From Candidatus Baldrarchaeum yapensis (GTDB lineage Archaea; Asgardarchaeota; Baldrarchaeia; Baldrarchaeales; Baldrarchaeaceae), in the NCBI GenBank assembly GCA_016840465.1, contig JAEOSH010000001.1, positions 32,179 to 64,178 of the forward strand: 32,000 bases of DNA. Reading direction: 5' to 3'. This document shows, piece after piece, positions 1 through 8,014 of this stretch. Positions within the stretch are counted from its first letter, which is position 1. Each line of letters begins with the position of its first letter. The notes beneath the pieces are model-generated. The model saw only the letters and a program-made list of their open reading frames with translations. It did not search any database and was not told the origin of the DNA. Position numbers and translations under genes: made by a program.

Positions 1-894
1 TTCAATCTCCCCTAGTTTTTCCCTCCTCAGCAATTCCTGTTCGGTCTTAACAAAGTACTCATCAACCGCCTCATTAAATGATCCGAAACGTTTCTTCTCT
101 TTACCCTCAAACAATTTTAGCTCTAAAGGCTCAAAGCCTACGGGGCTCCCATCTTCAAGTATTATGTGAGGCGAAATTTCGCCATTTCTGACCGAATTTA
201 TCAAAGTTTTTAGACATTCAACGACCTCAATAATGTTTTTAATGGTAACTGCATCTACGGGAGCCTCTTTCGGAATATTGCACCTAAGAAGGGCTTCTTC
301 GATTAAATGAGGATCCACATTAATCGTTGAAATGAATGCACGCACAATATCCTTTTTTCTGGATTCCCTGAGACGGACGTAGAGTTCCTCCGAGGTCACG
401 GAAAAGATGTCAAGTCCTCGGGAGGGCGGTGGGACGAATTTTTCTCCCACAATAACGTTTCTATCTTTCATCCTCTTATATCGATATGCAACTCTTATCT
501 TTTCATCGGGTCCCACCAGAATCACGTTGCCCTCCCTAAACAGTTCTATTACCAGCGTGTAATCTTCTTGTGCCTTTGTGCTAAATCTTAACAACACTAT
601 TCTATCAAAGTCGTGCTGAAGTATCTCTGTTAGGCGACTCCCTCGTAGATACTTTCGTAATGCCATGCAGAAGGGAGGAGGATGGCATGGTTTTTCTCTA
701 ATATAGGATGTTAAGTGGATGCGTCTGCCTGGTTCTACGAGAAGGTTATAAACGGATTCTTTTCTAAGCTTAAAGAGGAAGAGCGGGGTTGGCGCTGTCA
801 ATTGGTAAATATTATCAACCCAAGCCATCTTTATTGTTTGGTTGAGTTCATATACGATCGCGGCAACATCGAGAGCCGAGAATGTCCCCTTCAT
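1..894 (-). CDS. NFACT-family protein (Rqc2/RqcH/FbpA-like), N-terminal 298 codons; the C-terminal part lies beyond the window start
   Basis: Absent from the ORF track because it has no stop codon in the window. Manual translation of the minus strand from the ATG at 894..892 stays open to position 1: MKGTFSALDVAAIVYELNQTIKMAWVDNIYQL...PPPFCMALRKYLRGSRLTEILQHDFDRIVLLRF...LVIELFREGNVILVGPDEKIRVAYRYKRMKDRNV... This matches the conserved NFACT-N pattern I know (S-x-D near the N-terminus, IYQ, LRKxLxG, QxxFDRI, ELFxxGNIIL). Confidence 0.7.
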   Translation of the reverse strand, partial: MKGTFSALDVAAIVYELNQTIKMAWVDNIYQLTAPTPLFLFKLRKESVYNLLVEPGRRIHLTSYIREKPCHPPPFCMALRKYLRGSRLTEILQHDFDRIVLLRFSTKAQEDYTLVIELFREGNVILVGPDEKIRVAYRYKRMKDRNVIVGEKFVPPPSRGLDIFSVTSEELYVRLRESRKKDIVRAFISTINVDPHLIEEALLRCNIPKEAPVDAVTIKNIIEVVECLKTLINSVRNGEISPHIILEDGSPVGFEPLELKLFEGKEKKRFGSFNEAVDEYFVKTEQELLRREKLGEIE

Positions 895-908
895 GGCGAA
901 TCCCGGTG

Positions 909-1403
909 ATGCTCATGACGCCTGAGGATAAAATATTTTGGATCAAAGTAATATTTGCGTTTCTAGCGGCAGGGCTTTGCCTGCTCCTACCCCTTTCAGC
1001 AACATGGGCAGGCTTTTTCCTCGGAATATTAGTGTACATGGCATCTTACTGTGTTTCACAGTTAATTGTTGAGGAAGAGATTCCTGTGGAGGAAAGAATA
1101 CTGGAAAAAATAGGTAAAATTCTGAAATCGGAAGTACCGTCTGAGATAAAGAACATCGTCTTTAAGAGTTCCAAGAGCGGAAGACTCAGTAAAGACCATG
1201 TGGAATTGCTAAAAAGGAAACTTACTGAATTGGGGGTAGATCAGAAGCGTTCAGAAAAAATAATTGCGATTATGAAGAGTGTTGAGGAGAAGATTTCCGA
1301 AGAGAAAAGAGGATCTCCTTTAACCACGGGCATACTTACGTACTTTACCCTATGGCTTACTATATGGTTTTTAATATTCACACTGATGCACTTCCCGCCA
1401 TAG
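909..1403 (+). CDS. Small membrane protein of unknown function (two N-terminal and one C-terminal hydrophobic helices around a K/E-rich soluble segment)
   Basis: Track ORF 882..1403, trimmed to the ATG at 909 because 882..894 overlaps the divergent NFACT start. Hydrophobic stretches are IFWIKVIFAFLAAGLCLLLPL, WAGFFLGILVYMASYCV and ILTYFTLWLTIWFLIFTLM. I recognise no family. Only 14 nt separate the two divergent starts, so the start is uncertain. Confidence 0.45.
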   Translation: MLMTPEDKIFWIKVIFAFLAAGLCLLLPLSATWAGFFLGILVYMASYCVSQLIVEEEIPVEERILEKIGKILKSEVPSEIKNIVFKSSKSGRLSKDHVELLKRKLTELGVDQKRSEKIIAIMKSVEEKISEEKRGSPLTTGILTYFTLWLTIWFLIFTLMHFPP

Positions 1404-1413
1404 TTTCTCAATG

Positions 1414-1818
1414 TTAAGAAGTTTGTGCCATTTTTCTTAATTTTTCCGCCTCTTCCTCATCGCCCAACATACTTGCACACCTTGCGGCGCTTGTCAAGCA
1501 CTGCTTTCTTTTGGTGTCGTCCCTAAGAAGTTTGAAATACTCCGCAGCCTTAAGGAAAAGTTCTTTGGCTTTTTGATAATTCTTCGTGGCATTATACAGT
1601 TTTGCGGCATTCATATATGAGTTGGCTGAATATTCATAGTCATAGACTTTAATGAAATGCTTTGCAGCACGTTCATATATCTCGGCTGCCTTTTCGAACT
1701 CCTTTCTGGATGCGTATGCCTTTGCTGCAAGAAATTCCTGGTATGCAGCTCTTCCAAAATCCTCCTCTTCAAGTAATTTTTGGGCCTCTCTCAATAATTG
1801 CTCCGGATCTTCACTCAT
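1414..1818 (-). CDS. TPR / SNAP-like helical-repeat protein (134 aa)
   Basis: It has repeated A-x3-Y-x2-AAK-x-F/Y helix-pair units (AAEIYERAAKHFIKV, SANSYMNAAKLYNAT, AKELFLKAAEYFKLL). The start at 1818 lies 2 nt after the stop of the upstream GGGPS gene. Confidence 0.6.
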   Translation of the reverse strand: MSEDPEQLLREAQKLLEEEDFGRAAYQEFLAAKAYASRKEFEKAAEIYERAAKHFIKVYDYEYSANSYMNAAKLYNATKNYQKAKELFLKAAEYFKLLRDDTKRKQCLTSAARCASMLGDEEEAEKLRKMAQTS

Positions 1819-1820
1819 CC

Positions 1821-2603
1821 TTACCGCCCCTTTCTTAGTTTCTCCTTACCCGCTTCTCTTATGGCAGTAACCATTTTCCTAACCTTCTCGGTGACTTCTT
1901 TCATATCCTTTAGATGTTCTATTGCGGTTCCGACCTGTATACCATCCGCACCCGCGAGAACTATCTCTTTAGCCTGCTCGGCAGTTCTCACGCCGCCAGC
2001 ATAAAAGTAAGGTACGGTTAGTACAGATTTTATTGCCTTTATCAGGAAAGGTGGTGCTGGGGAGGGGGCGCCTGATCCGCTATCTGTGATGACTATATGT
2101 GCACCTAGGAATTCTCCTGCAAGTGCGCATGCGCATGCAATTTCTGGATCGTCCCTAGGGACCAAATTTGCGTCACCCACCCAGCCAGCTGCCCCACCGG
2201 GTTCTAAGAGAATATATGCGACGGGAATAGGCTCGAGGCCGAACTTTTTGACAAGAGGCGCGCCGAGAATTTGCGCCTTTGTGATGAAATATGGATCCCT
2301 ACTATTCATAAGAATCATGAAATAAATTGCATCGGCGTACCTCGTTATTGTTCCCACATTTCCCGGAAATAGTATCACTGGGAGATTCGAGTTCTCCTTT
2401 ATTGCCTTTACGGTGAGATCCAGAAGTTCTCCCTGTGCACCTATGGATCCGCCGACGAGTATCGCGTCAGTGCCACCTTCACTTGCAGCTAAGGCTATCT
2501 TTCCCGCTTCCTCCGGTTTTTGTTCAAATGGATCTATTAAACTGAGATGAACTGCCCCATAGGTCTCTATTCTCTCCTTAAGGTACTCTTCTACCTTTCC
2601 CAT
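1821..2603 (-). CDS. Geranylgeranylglyceryl phosphate synthase (GGGPS, PcrB family; archaeal ether-lipid synthesis)
   Basis: 260 aa. Supporting motifs are HLSLIDP, GGTDAILVGGS, PGN...ADAIYFMILMNS, ITDSGSGAP and YAGGVRTAEQAKE...AGADGIQVGTAIE, which form the typical TIM-barrel GGGPS/PcrB signature. Confidence 0.85.
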   Translation of the reverse strand: MGKVEEYLKERIETYGAVHLSLIDPFEQKPEEAGKIALAASEGGTDAILVGGSIGAQGELLDLTVKAIKENSNLPVILFPGNVGTITRYADAIYFMILMNSRDPYFITKAQILGAPLVKKFGLEPIPVAYILLEPGGAAGWVGDANLVPRDDPEIACACALAGEFLGAHIVITDSGSGAPSPAPPFLIKAIKSVLTVPYFYAGGVRTAEQAKEIVLAGADGIQVGTAIEHLKDMKEVTEKVRKMVTAIREAGKEKLRKGR

Positions 2604-2784
2604 TAATAGTCCCTCATTTTCCCAGTTCGATTTAGTTATGTTTTTCTGGTCTCATCTTTAAATTTATCATTCCATCGGTTGGAGATTTTCCTCGGCGCTC
2701 ATGTAAGGAAAAACCCCAGTCAAAAACCCTTTAAATGTTTCTTACGTACTCTAAGGTAGCAGTGATGCTTGGGTGTAAAGAGAG

Positions 2785-3105
2785 ATGTGCGAGTTTTCGG
2801 TAGTTGTGAGGGAAGGAAGTTCCGAGAAGGAGGTAGCACGAGACATCATCTATGCAAGAATGTGCGATAGAGGTCTTACGTTGAGAAGTTTCCTTGATGA
2901 AAAAACCGCCAATTCGGCGGTGATTTTTGAGGTAGATGTGACTAAGGAGAGAATGGTGTTGATACGTGCGCCGTTCATTGAGCATTTTCTAAAGCTTTTG
3001 CTGATGTATGAAAGTTATAGAAGGGGCGAGAGGGACGCTGACGCTGTTAAGAAGATGTTGGATGAATTTTATAGAGAGGTAAAGAAATATTTGGATTCCA
3101 CATAA
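2785..3105 (+). CDS. cooT: CooT-like putative nickel-binding protein with a ~44-aa helical C-terminal extension
   Basis: The N-terminal ~62 aa begin with Met-Cys-Glu (MCEFSVVV...) and continue ...LTLRSFLDEKT...IFEVDVTKERMVLI. This collinear pattern matches CooT proteins I recall, such as MCE..VY......L.DILGE....G.I.EVDL..H.I. Residues 63-106 (FIEHFLKLLLMYESYRRGERDADAVKKMLDEFYREVKKYLDST) are additional. Confidence 0.5.
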   Translation: MCEFSVVVREGSSEKEVARDIIYARMCDRGLTLRSFLDEKTANSAVIFEVDVTKERMVLIRAPFIEHFLKLLLMYESYRRGERDADAVKKMLDEFYREVKKYLDST

Positions 3106-3124
3106 AAGATGATGTTCTAAACAT

Positions 3125-3400
3125 ATGGAGGAGGTATTCTTGGTTAAGGCGTACGTGATGATAAACACGAGGCCGGGAAAAGAGACAGAAATAATTAAAG
3201 AAATCTCTAAAATGCCAGAGGTATCAGAAGTTCATAGGGTATTTGGTCCCTTCGATATAGTAGTTGAAATAAAGAGTAGTAGCATGGAGGCGATCGTTGA
3301 TTTGATATTTGAGAAAATACGGAAAATAGACGGGATCGAGAAAACGATTACCGCCATTACCGCCGAATATGAAATAGATGTGCATGATATGCCGATATGA
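3125..3400 (+). CDS. Stand-alone Lrp/AsnC-type ligand-binding (RAM) domain protein
   Basis: The sequence VKAYVMINTRPGKETEIIKEISKMPEVSEVHRVFGPFDIVVEIKSSSMEAIVDLIFEKIRKIDGIEKTITAI is the classic beta-alpha-beta-beta-alpha-beta RAM pattern with no HTH domain. The true start may be the TTG at 3140, which is preceded by GGAGGAGG. Confidence 0.7.
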   Translation: MEEVFLVKAYVMINTRPGKETEIIKEISKMPEVSEVHRVFGPFDIVVEIKSSSMEAIVDLIFEKIRKIDGIEKTITAITAEYEIDVHDMPI

Positions 3401-3402
3401 CT

Positions 3403-4437
3403 TCAGAGAATTGCAAAATGTTCCCTTCCCGACAATTCTCTCGACCCTATTACAACTCGATAGTAAGGAACTCCTCTTTCAGGCATAACTCTTTCTAATT
3501 TTCCATAAACTCTAATACGCTCGTTGACTTCGAGTATTCCGGCAAATACTCCTTCAAACGATACTAATTCTCTTATTGGTTCTACTACGGGGCCCCTTAT
3601 TACAGTTACCTCACTGATTCCGTAAACTGCGGGATTAAACATCGATTCTGAAGTGTCCGATATCGACGCTTCTATCTCTATGGGACCCATCGGAATTATG
3701 CTCTTTTTCCCGTATTTCTCCGTTATTTCACTGTCTTTCTTTACCGGATGCACTGAAAATCTCGTACCTTCAAAAATTCCTAGATTCCATTTCCGCCTGA
3801 GAATTTCACGTGCAACCTCTAAAGGGATGCCGAAAAACTTCGATTTTTCGATACACCACCTCTCCTCGTAAAACTTCCTGATAGTCCTTTTCTTTTCAAG
3901 TTCGAGGATTACCTCCTTGAGAAGCAGGGACTCTTTCCTCCCATAAATTACTAGATCTATATCCGAGATTCGAGGATTATGAATCCCGAGCAGAATAGAT
4001 CCCGTGACTCCGAAGCGACTCTCATCTATTCCGCTTTCTTTGCTTAACAGTTTAACTAATCTCACTAATTTTTCTTGCAAAGGATCTCTAGACTTCAGCC
4101 CTATTATCCTGCTCAACTCTCTCTCCGGAAGGTACCAATTCTCGATACGGGAATGAGGTACCGCTGAAAATGTTATCCTGTTATAAGGGCAATAGTAAAT
4201 ATATTCCGGATAATTCTGTTTAAGAAATTCAAATGTTGCACAGACATCACGCGCGGAATAGAACGAAATTTTTCTCTCGTAACATGACCTGCTGTCACAC
4301 CACAGTCCATCAGATGCTGGTACATATTTTAAATACGCAAATACCCTATCCGGCGGGTGCTCGTACCCAACTATGCAAAATATGAAATTTTCGACCGTCC
4401 TTATGTAGTCCCTATCTTTAAACGGTCTTTTACACAC
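3403..4437 (-). CDS. Uncharacterised Pol-beta-superfamily nucleotidyltransferase, paralog B (344 aa)
   Basis: NTase core is GVTGSILLGIHNPRISDIDLVIYG (G-S ... D-x-D). The N-terminal domain has EHPPDRVFAY and NYPEYIYY. The beta-rich C-terminus reads LVSFEGVF...RIRVYGKLERV...YYRVVIG. It starts at a GTG 7 nt after an AGGAGGT inside the end of paralog A. Confidence 0.75.
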   Translation of the reverse strand: MCKRPFKDRDYIRTVENFIFCIVGYEHPPDRVFAYLKYVPASDGLWCDSRSCYERKISFYSARDVCATFEFLKQNYPEYIYYCPYNRITFSAVPHSRIENWYLPERELSRIIGLKSRDPLQEKLVRLVKLLSKESGIDESRFGVTGSILLGIHNPRISDIDLVIYGRKESLLLKEVILELEKKRTIRKFYEERWCIEKSKFFGIPLEVAREILRRKWNLGIFEGTRFSVHPVKKDSEITEKYGKKSIIPMGPIEIEASISDTSESMFNPAVYGISEVTVIRGPVVEPIRELVSFEGVFAGILEVNERIRVYGKLERVMPERGVPYYRVVIGSRELSGREHFAIL

Positions 4438-4441
4438 AGGC

Positions 4442-5473
4442 TTACCTCCTTATCAGAAAATCGTCCCTGCTATTTCCTAGAATTATCCGATAGTAAGAAG
4501 TTTTATTTTTAACATCAGTAACACGCTCCACATCTCCTCTAACAATAATTATGTCGTTATCATTAGCGAGTTCTGTAAACCTTCCCCTGAATGACACTAC
4601 TTCTTTTATCGCGTCGAGGCCAGCACCGTCTAATACACTGAGAACTTTAACGAGATATCTACACGGCGTGAAAATGGAATCGGAAGCATCTATGACTTTT
4701 GCTTTGACCGTTATACGACCGACCTTCCTATAAATTCTGTCACCATATGTCTCGTTGATCTCTGATGGTTCTTTAACGAACCTTACAAAGAAGTCGACTC
4801 CCTTAAAGACTCCTTGGGAAACCTTCCGGCTTTCCATTAGAAGGAAATCCTCGAAACTTACGTTCATTGCTTGTTTTTTAAATTCGTATAGATCTTTAAG
4901 CTCTGTTAATGTATATCTCCTTAAGTCTTTCTCGGATTCAAGCAATTGGTGTAATGCTTCATACGCTTTTCTGCATTCTTTTTCTCCGTAAATTACGAGA
5001 TCTAAATCCGAATCTTCGGTTTCTAGCCCGACTAAAATGGATCCAGATATCCCAATACTAGATATCGGTATATTCGCCTCCTTAGATATAATTTTGGCTA
5101 GATCAATTGCATATTCCTTTAGTTTTCCGATCTCTTGCGATCCCGCCCTCTTAGATAATAGTTTCCTCAGCTGTTGCCTAGGTTCATAGACAATATTTAT
5201 TCTGTCATGAGGTACGGCTTGCAGTTCCATTCCAAAAACATAATCAAAGTAGACATAGGCGGGATAATTGCTACGGAGGAAGTCATATCTCTCCTTTAAA
5301 TCATACAACTTGGAATATCTTCGTCCGTCGGATCTTAAACGGTTTCCTCTTTCATTCAGGTAGTATCGAACAAAAGCAATCACTCTATCGGGTGGATGCA
5401 CGAGCCCTTTAACGTCAAATATTAAACCTTCCACAGTTTCCACGAATGCTCCTTCAATGATCGATGTTTTCAA
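4442..5473 (-). CDS. Uncharacterised Pol-beta-superfamily nucleotidyltransferase, paralog A (343 aa)
   Basis: NTase core is GISGSILVGLETEDSDLDLVIYG. The N-terminal domain has VHPPDRVIAF and NYPAYVYF. The C-terminus reads VVSFRGRFTE...IIIVRGDVERV...YYRIILG. The track start is a TTG at 5473, overlapping the mptA end by 20 nt. An alternative GTG at 5443 is preceded by GAAGGAG. Confidence 0.75.
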   Translation of the reverse strand: MKTSIIEGAFVETVEGLIFDVKGLVHPPDRVIAFVRYYLNERGNRLRSDGRRYSKLYDLKERYDFLRSNYPAYVYFDYVFGMELQAVPHDRINIVYEPRQQLRKLLSKRAGSQEIGKLKEYAIDLAKIISKEANIPISSIGISGSILVGLETEDSDLDLVIYGEKECRKAYEALHQLLESEKDLRRYTLTELKDLYEFKKQAMNVSFEDFLLMESRKVSQGVFKGVDFFVRFVKEPSEINETYGDRIYRKVGRITVKAKVIDASDSIFTPCRYLVKVLSVLDGAGLDAIKEVVSFRGRFTELANDNDIIIVRGDVERVTDVKNKTSYYRIILGNSRDDFLIRR

Positions 5474-6410
5474 GATTCTTTACCTCTCTTCGTAATTCGC
5501 CAACTTTACTTGTTCGCTTTGCCACAACATCAAAGTTATGGATGCTTTCGTAACTTCTTACTATGACTCTTATCCTTGAGTCTTCCGGCAACCAGTCAAA
5601 TTCTTTGATTATATGTAGGAGGACTGAGCGGGCACAATCCTCCACAAACATGGGGTTTAAGTGTCCCAACCGGATGATTACCTCTTCATCGTTTCTCTTC
5701 AGGACGTCCTCTATCTGTGAACTCACGGATTCGTCTATTATTCGCAATAGGTCTCTCCAGTCTATATTTTTCCCATTATATCGGCGATCTATCTCAACAG
5801 ATACCTTTGCACGCTGATTATGCGATGCTATTGGTATTATGTTCAATATCTTTTCTAATGTCTCCTCACTTAGCCCGATCTCATCGATACGCTTTTTTAA
5901 AAGATTTTTCACGAATTTCTTCACTTGTAATTGCCCGCATGGACATACCAGTAGTCCATAGGTGCTTATTCCCGTCAGAACCTTAGGATCTCCCTTTCTA
6001 GTGTTCAATACCCTCGACCATATACGTATAGGACGCATCATTGAGCCCTGTGTGATCTTTGATCTGTACGGAATCACCGTTATGCCTCTGATGCGCACTT
6101 CAGCTACCGATGCGTACTCGTGATATCGCAACAGCAAATTTGTTGCCTCCAAACAGAACTCCTCGACTGACGTGTAGGGTTTGAAGGTCGCGCGTTCGAC
6201 TATTTCCTCTATTGCGTCGGCGCTTCTAGACATGTGAATACCGCGCATGCTCGGGGGCATATCTATGAAAGCGTCTATTTTCACGGAGATCACAGAGACC
6301 TCTTTGCCATGCAATATCTTAAGTTGCCGAAACATTCCATAAACTCCAACTTTATCCAGTCTTAGCGGTATTTTTGGAAGTTCCGCCTGTACATCAACAT
6401 CATTCGTCAT
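5454..6410 (-). CDS. mptA: GTP cyclohydrolase MptA (type IB/FolE2-like; first step of the methanopterin pterin moiety)
   Basis: Supporting motifs are DVQAELPKIPLRLDKVGVYG, RGIHMSR, LVCPCGQ, ASHNQR and FVEDCARSV, the FolE2/MptA family pattern. The start is moved to the ATG at 6410 (MTNDVDVQ), preceded by GGTGA, because the track start at 6455 would overlap the upstream gene by 56 nt. Confidence 0.8.
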   Translation of the reverse strand: MTNDVDVQAELPKIPLRLDKVGVYGMFRQLKILHGKEVSVISVKIDAFIDMPPSMRGIHMSRSADAIEEIVERATFKPYTSVEEFCLEATNLLLRYHEYASVAEVRIRGITVIPYRSKITQGSMMRPIRIWSRVLNTRKGDPKVLTGISTYGLLVCPCGQLQVKKFVKNLLKKRIDEIGLSEETLEKILNIIPIASHNQRAKVSVEIDRRYNGKNIDWRDLLRIIDESVSSQIEDVLKRNDEEVIIRLGHLNPMFVEDCARSVLLHIIKEFDWLPEDSRIRVIVRSYESIHNFDVVAKRTSKVGELRREVKNLENIDH

Positions 6411-8004
6411 TCTTGTCACCGAATACATCCACGTCTTGTACGTAACTCTTTCCAAGCTTTAAGCATATTTCTGCCTTCTCAAGTTCTCTGCCCAAGTAAA
6501 GAGCGTGAGAAACCGTACCAACTAGCCCCTTACTTAATATTGCAGCAGATAATTTTACAGCACTATTGCCAGAAAAAATACAAGAAATTTCACCATTAGG
6601 TCGATAATGGGCAACGTATATTGAATTTTCGCGATGATTTACCCATATCCTAAAGTATCCGCACTTATCACGTTCAACTTTTCCAGGTAATTTTATTTCG
6701 TTCGTATTTATCACCTTCGCTTCGTGCTTCTTAAACACTTCCTCATATTTTGGATCCCTTTTACTCTTTGCCAGTAATAATGTTAGCCCCACATCCTTCG
6801 GCGGCATTTTATTCATCTTGGCTATGAATGCCATTTTAACAGCTTTCAATAACTCACGTACGGAGTATCTGCTCTTAACACTCTCTTCGGATGTCAATAT
6901 AACCCCCGCTCCTAGTTCCACCGCAATTGACGCTAAAAGAGCGTTTACGCCAGTGGTATCCACATCCATAAGATCTGTAACGTTCCTTGCACCTAATAAC
7001 AAGGGTGTGTCACCATCAAATTTTCTGAAGACTATTGCTCTATGCAGGGAATTTACTATCCCTGGAAAGACTGGTGGATATATTATGGGATCCGCGAGTA
7101 TTTTTCGAAAGCCCTTCTTACGGGCGTCATTTATGAGATTTATTAGGGTCTTCACCACCTGTTCAGCATTCATCACGTATTCGACCTGCTTCTGACCTAT
7201 CGATGGAACTATCACTATTCCCACATCTTCTGGAAGAGAATTCAGAAGATGCGAATTCTCTAAGCCTATACTTAACACCATGTCGATACCGGCATCGACC
7301 GCCGCTTCTATGTCCTCGTCAAAAACACTATCAACACTTAGTACTAGGTTTCTTCCGATTTCGCTACGAAGTCCCTTTACTACCTCCATTATCTTCTCAG
7401 GATGTGGCGCGGAAGGACTTCCGCCTAAGTCGATAATGTGTGCACCGCTCTTAATATAGTATTTTACTAGCGAAAGTATTTCTCCCAACGGGCGTTCTAC
7501 GACATTATCCACTTCTGCTAAAATCTTCGGCATGCAATCAGTTCCTACTTTCAAACGTCTTCCCGATCTACCAATCATGAAGTTCCTAAGATTATCTATT
7601 TCGACCTCTCGTTCCTTGTTATCGATTTCCCCCAGATATTTCTTCAGAATAGAAGTTTTTAGTAGTAGATCGGCTGGTTCTATAGGTGATAGGTTTATTT
7701 TTCCCCTTAGAAGGTATGAAACCACAAATGGTATGTCGGAGGCGTACCTCGGACCCTTGACTATAGTTACTCCTAACTCCTTTCCAATTTCGGATAAATC
7801 TCCGCGTACCATCCCGGATACCATAATTAGGTCGTATTCTTTCAAATCTCCCCGTCGTTTGAGATGTTTCTTCAGGAAGTGTGGTGTCATGAGTGCGGCG
7901 ACATCTATGGGCAATACTTCGACATCCGCACTAACCGGAAGTTTTTTAGAAATTTCTTCTAGAAGCTTAGCCGCCAATCTACCCGTTACCAGAAGAATTT
8001 TCAT
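6400..8004 (-). CDS. Archaeal dihydropteroate-synthase-related protein (MJ0107/TIGR00284-like: N-terminal domain, pterin-binding barrel and DUF4346-like C-terminal domain)
   Basis: 534 aa. The central region (IIDLGGSPSAPHPEKI...LSVDS...AGIDMVLSI...ILADPI) resembles a DHPS pterin-binding barrel. The C-terminal region (GYFRIWVNHRENSIYVAHY...GNSAVKL...HALYLGRELEKAE) matches the small-protein-like domain described for this archaeal family. It lies between dmrX and mptA. Confidence 0.7.
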   Translation of the reverse strand: MKILLVTGRLAAKLLEEISKKLPVSADVEVLPIDVAALMTPHFLKKHLKRRGDLKEYDLIMVSGMVRGDLSEIGKELGVTIVKGPRYASDIPFVVSYLLRGKINLSPIEPADLLLKTSILKKYLGEIDNKEREVEIDNLRNFMIGRSGRRLKVGTDCMPKILAEVDNVVERPLGEILSLVKYYIKSGAHIIDLGGSPSAPHPEKIMEVVKGLRSEIGRNLVLSVDSVFDEDIEAAVDAGIDMVLSIGLENSHLLNSLPEDVGIVIVPSIGQKQVEYVMNAEQVVKTLINLINDARKKGFRKILADPIIYPPVFPGIVNSLHRAIVFRKFDGDTPLLLGARNVTDLMDVDTTGVNALLASIAVELGAGVILTSEESVKSRYSVRELLKAVKMAFIAKMNKMPPKDVGLTLLLAKSKRDPKYEEVFKKHEAKVINTNEIKLPGKVERDKCGYFRIWVNHRENSIYVAHYRPNGEISCIFSGNSAVKLSAAILSKGLVGTVSHALYLGRELEKAEICLKLGKSYVQDVDVFGDKNDE

Positions 8005-8014
8005 TTATTATCCC

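Noticed and set aside
6411-6455. The track start of mptA at 6455, overlapping the DHPS-like gene by 56 nt
   Set aside because: The internal ATG at 6410, with GGTGA upstream, removes the overlap and begins just before the conserved DVQ motif.
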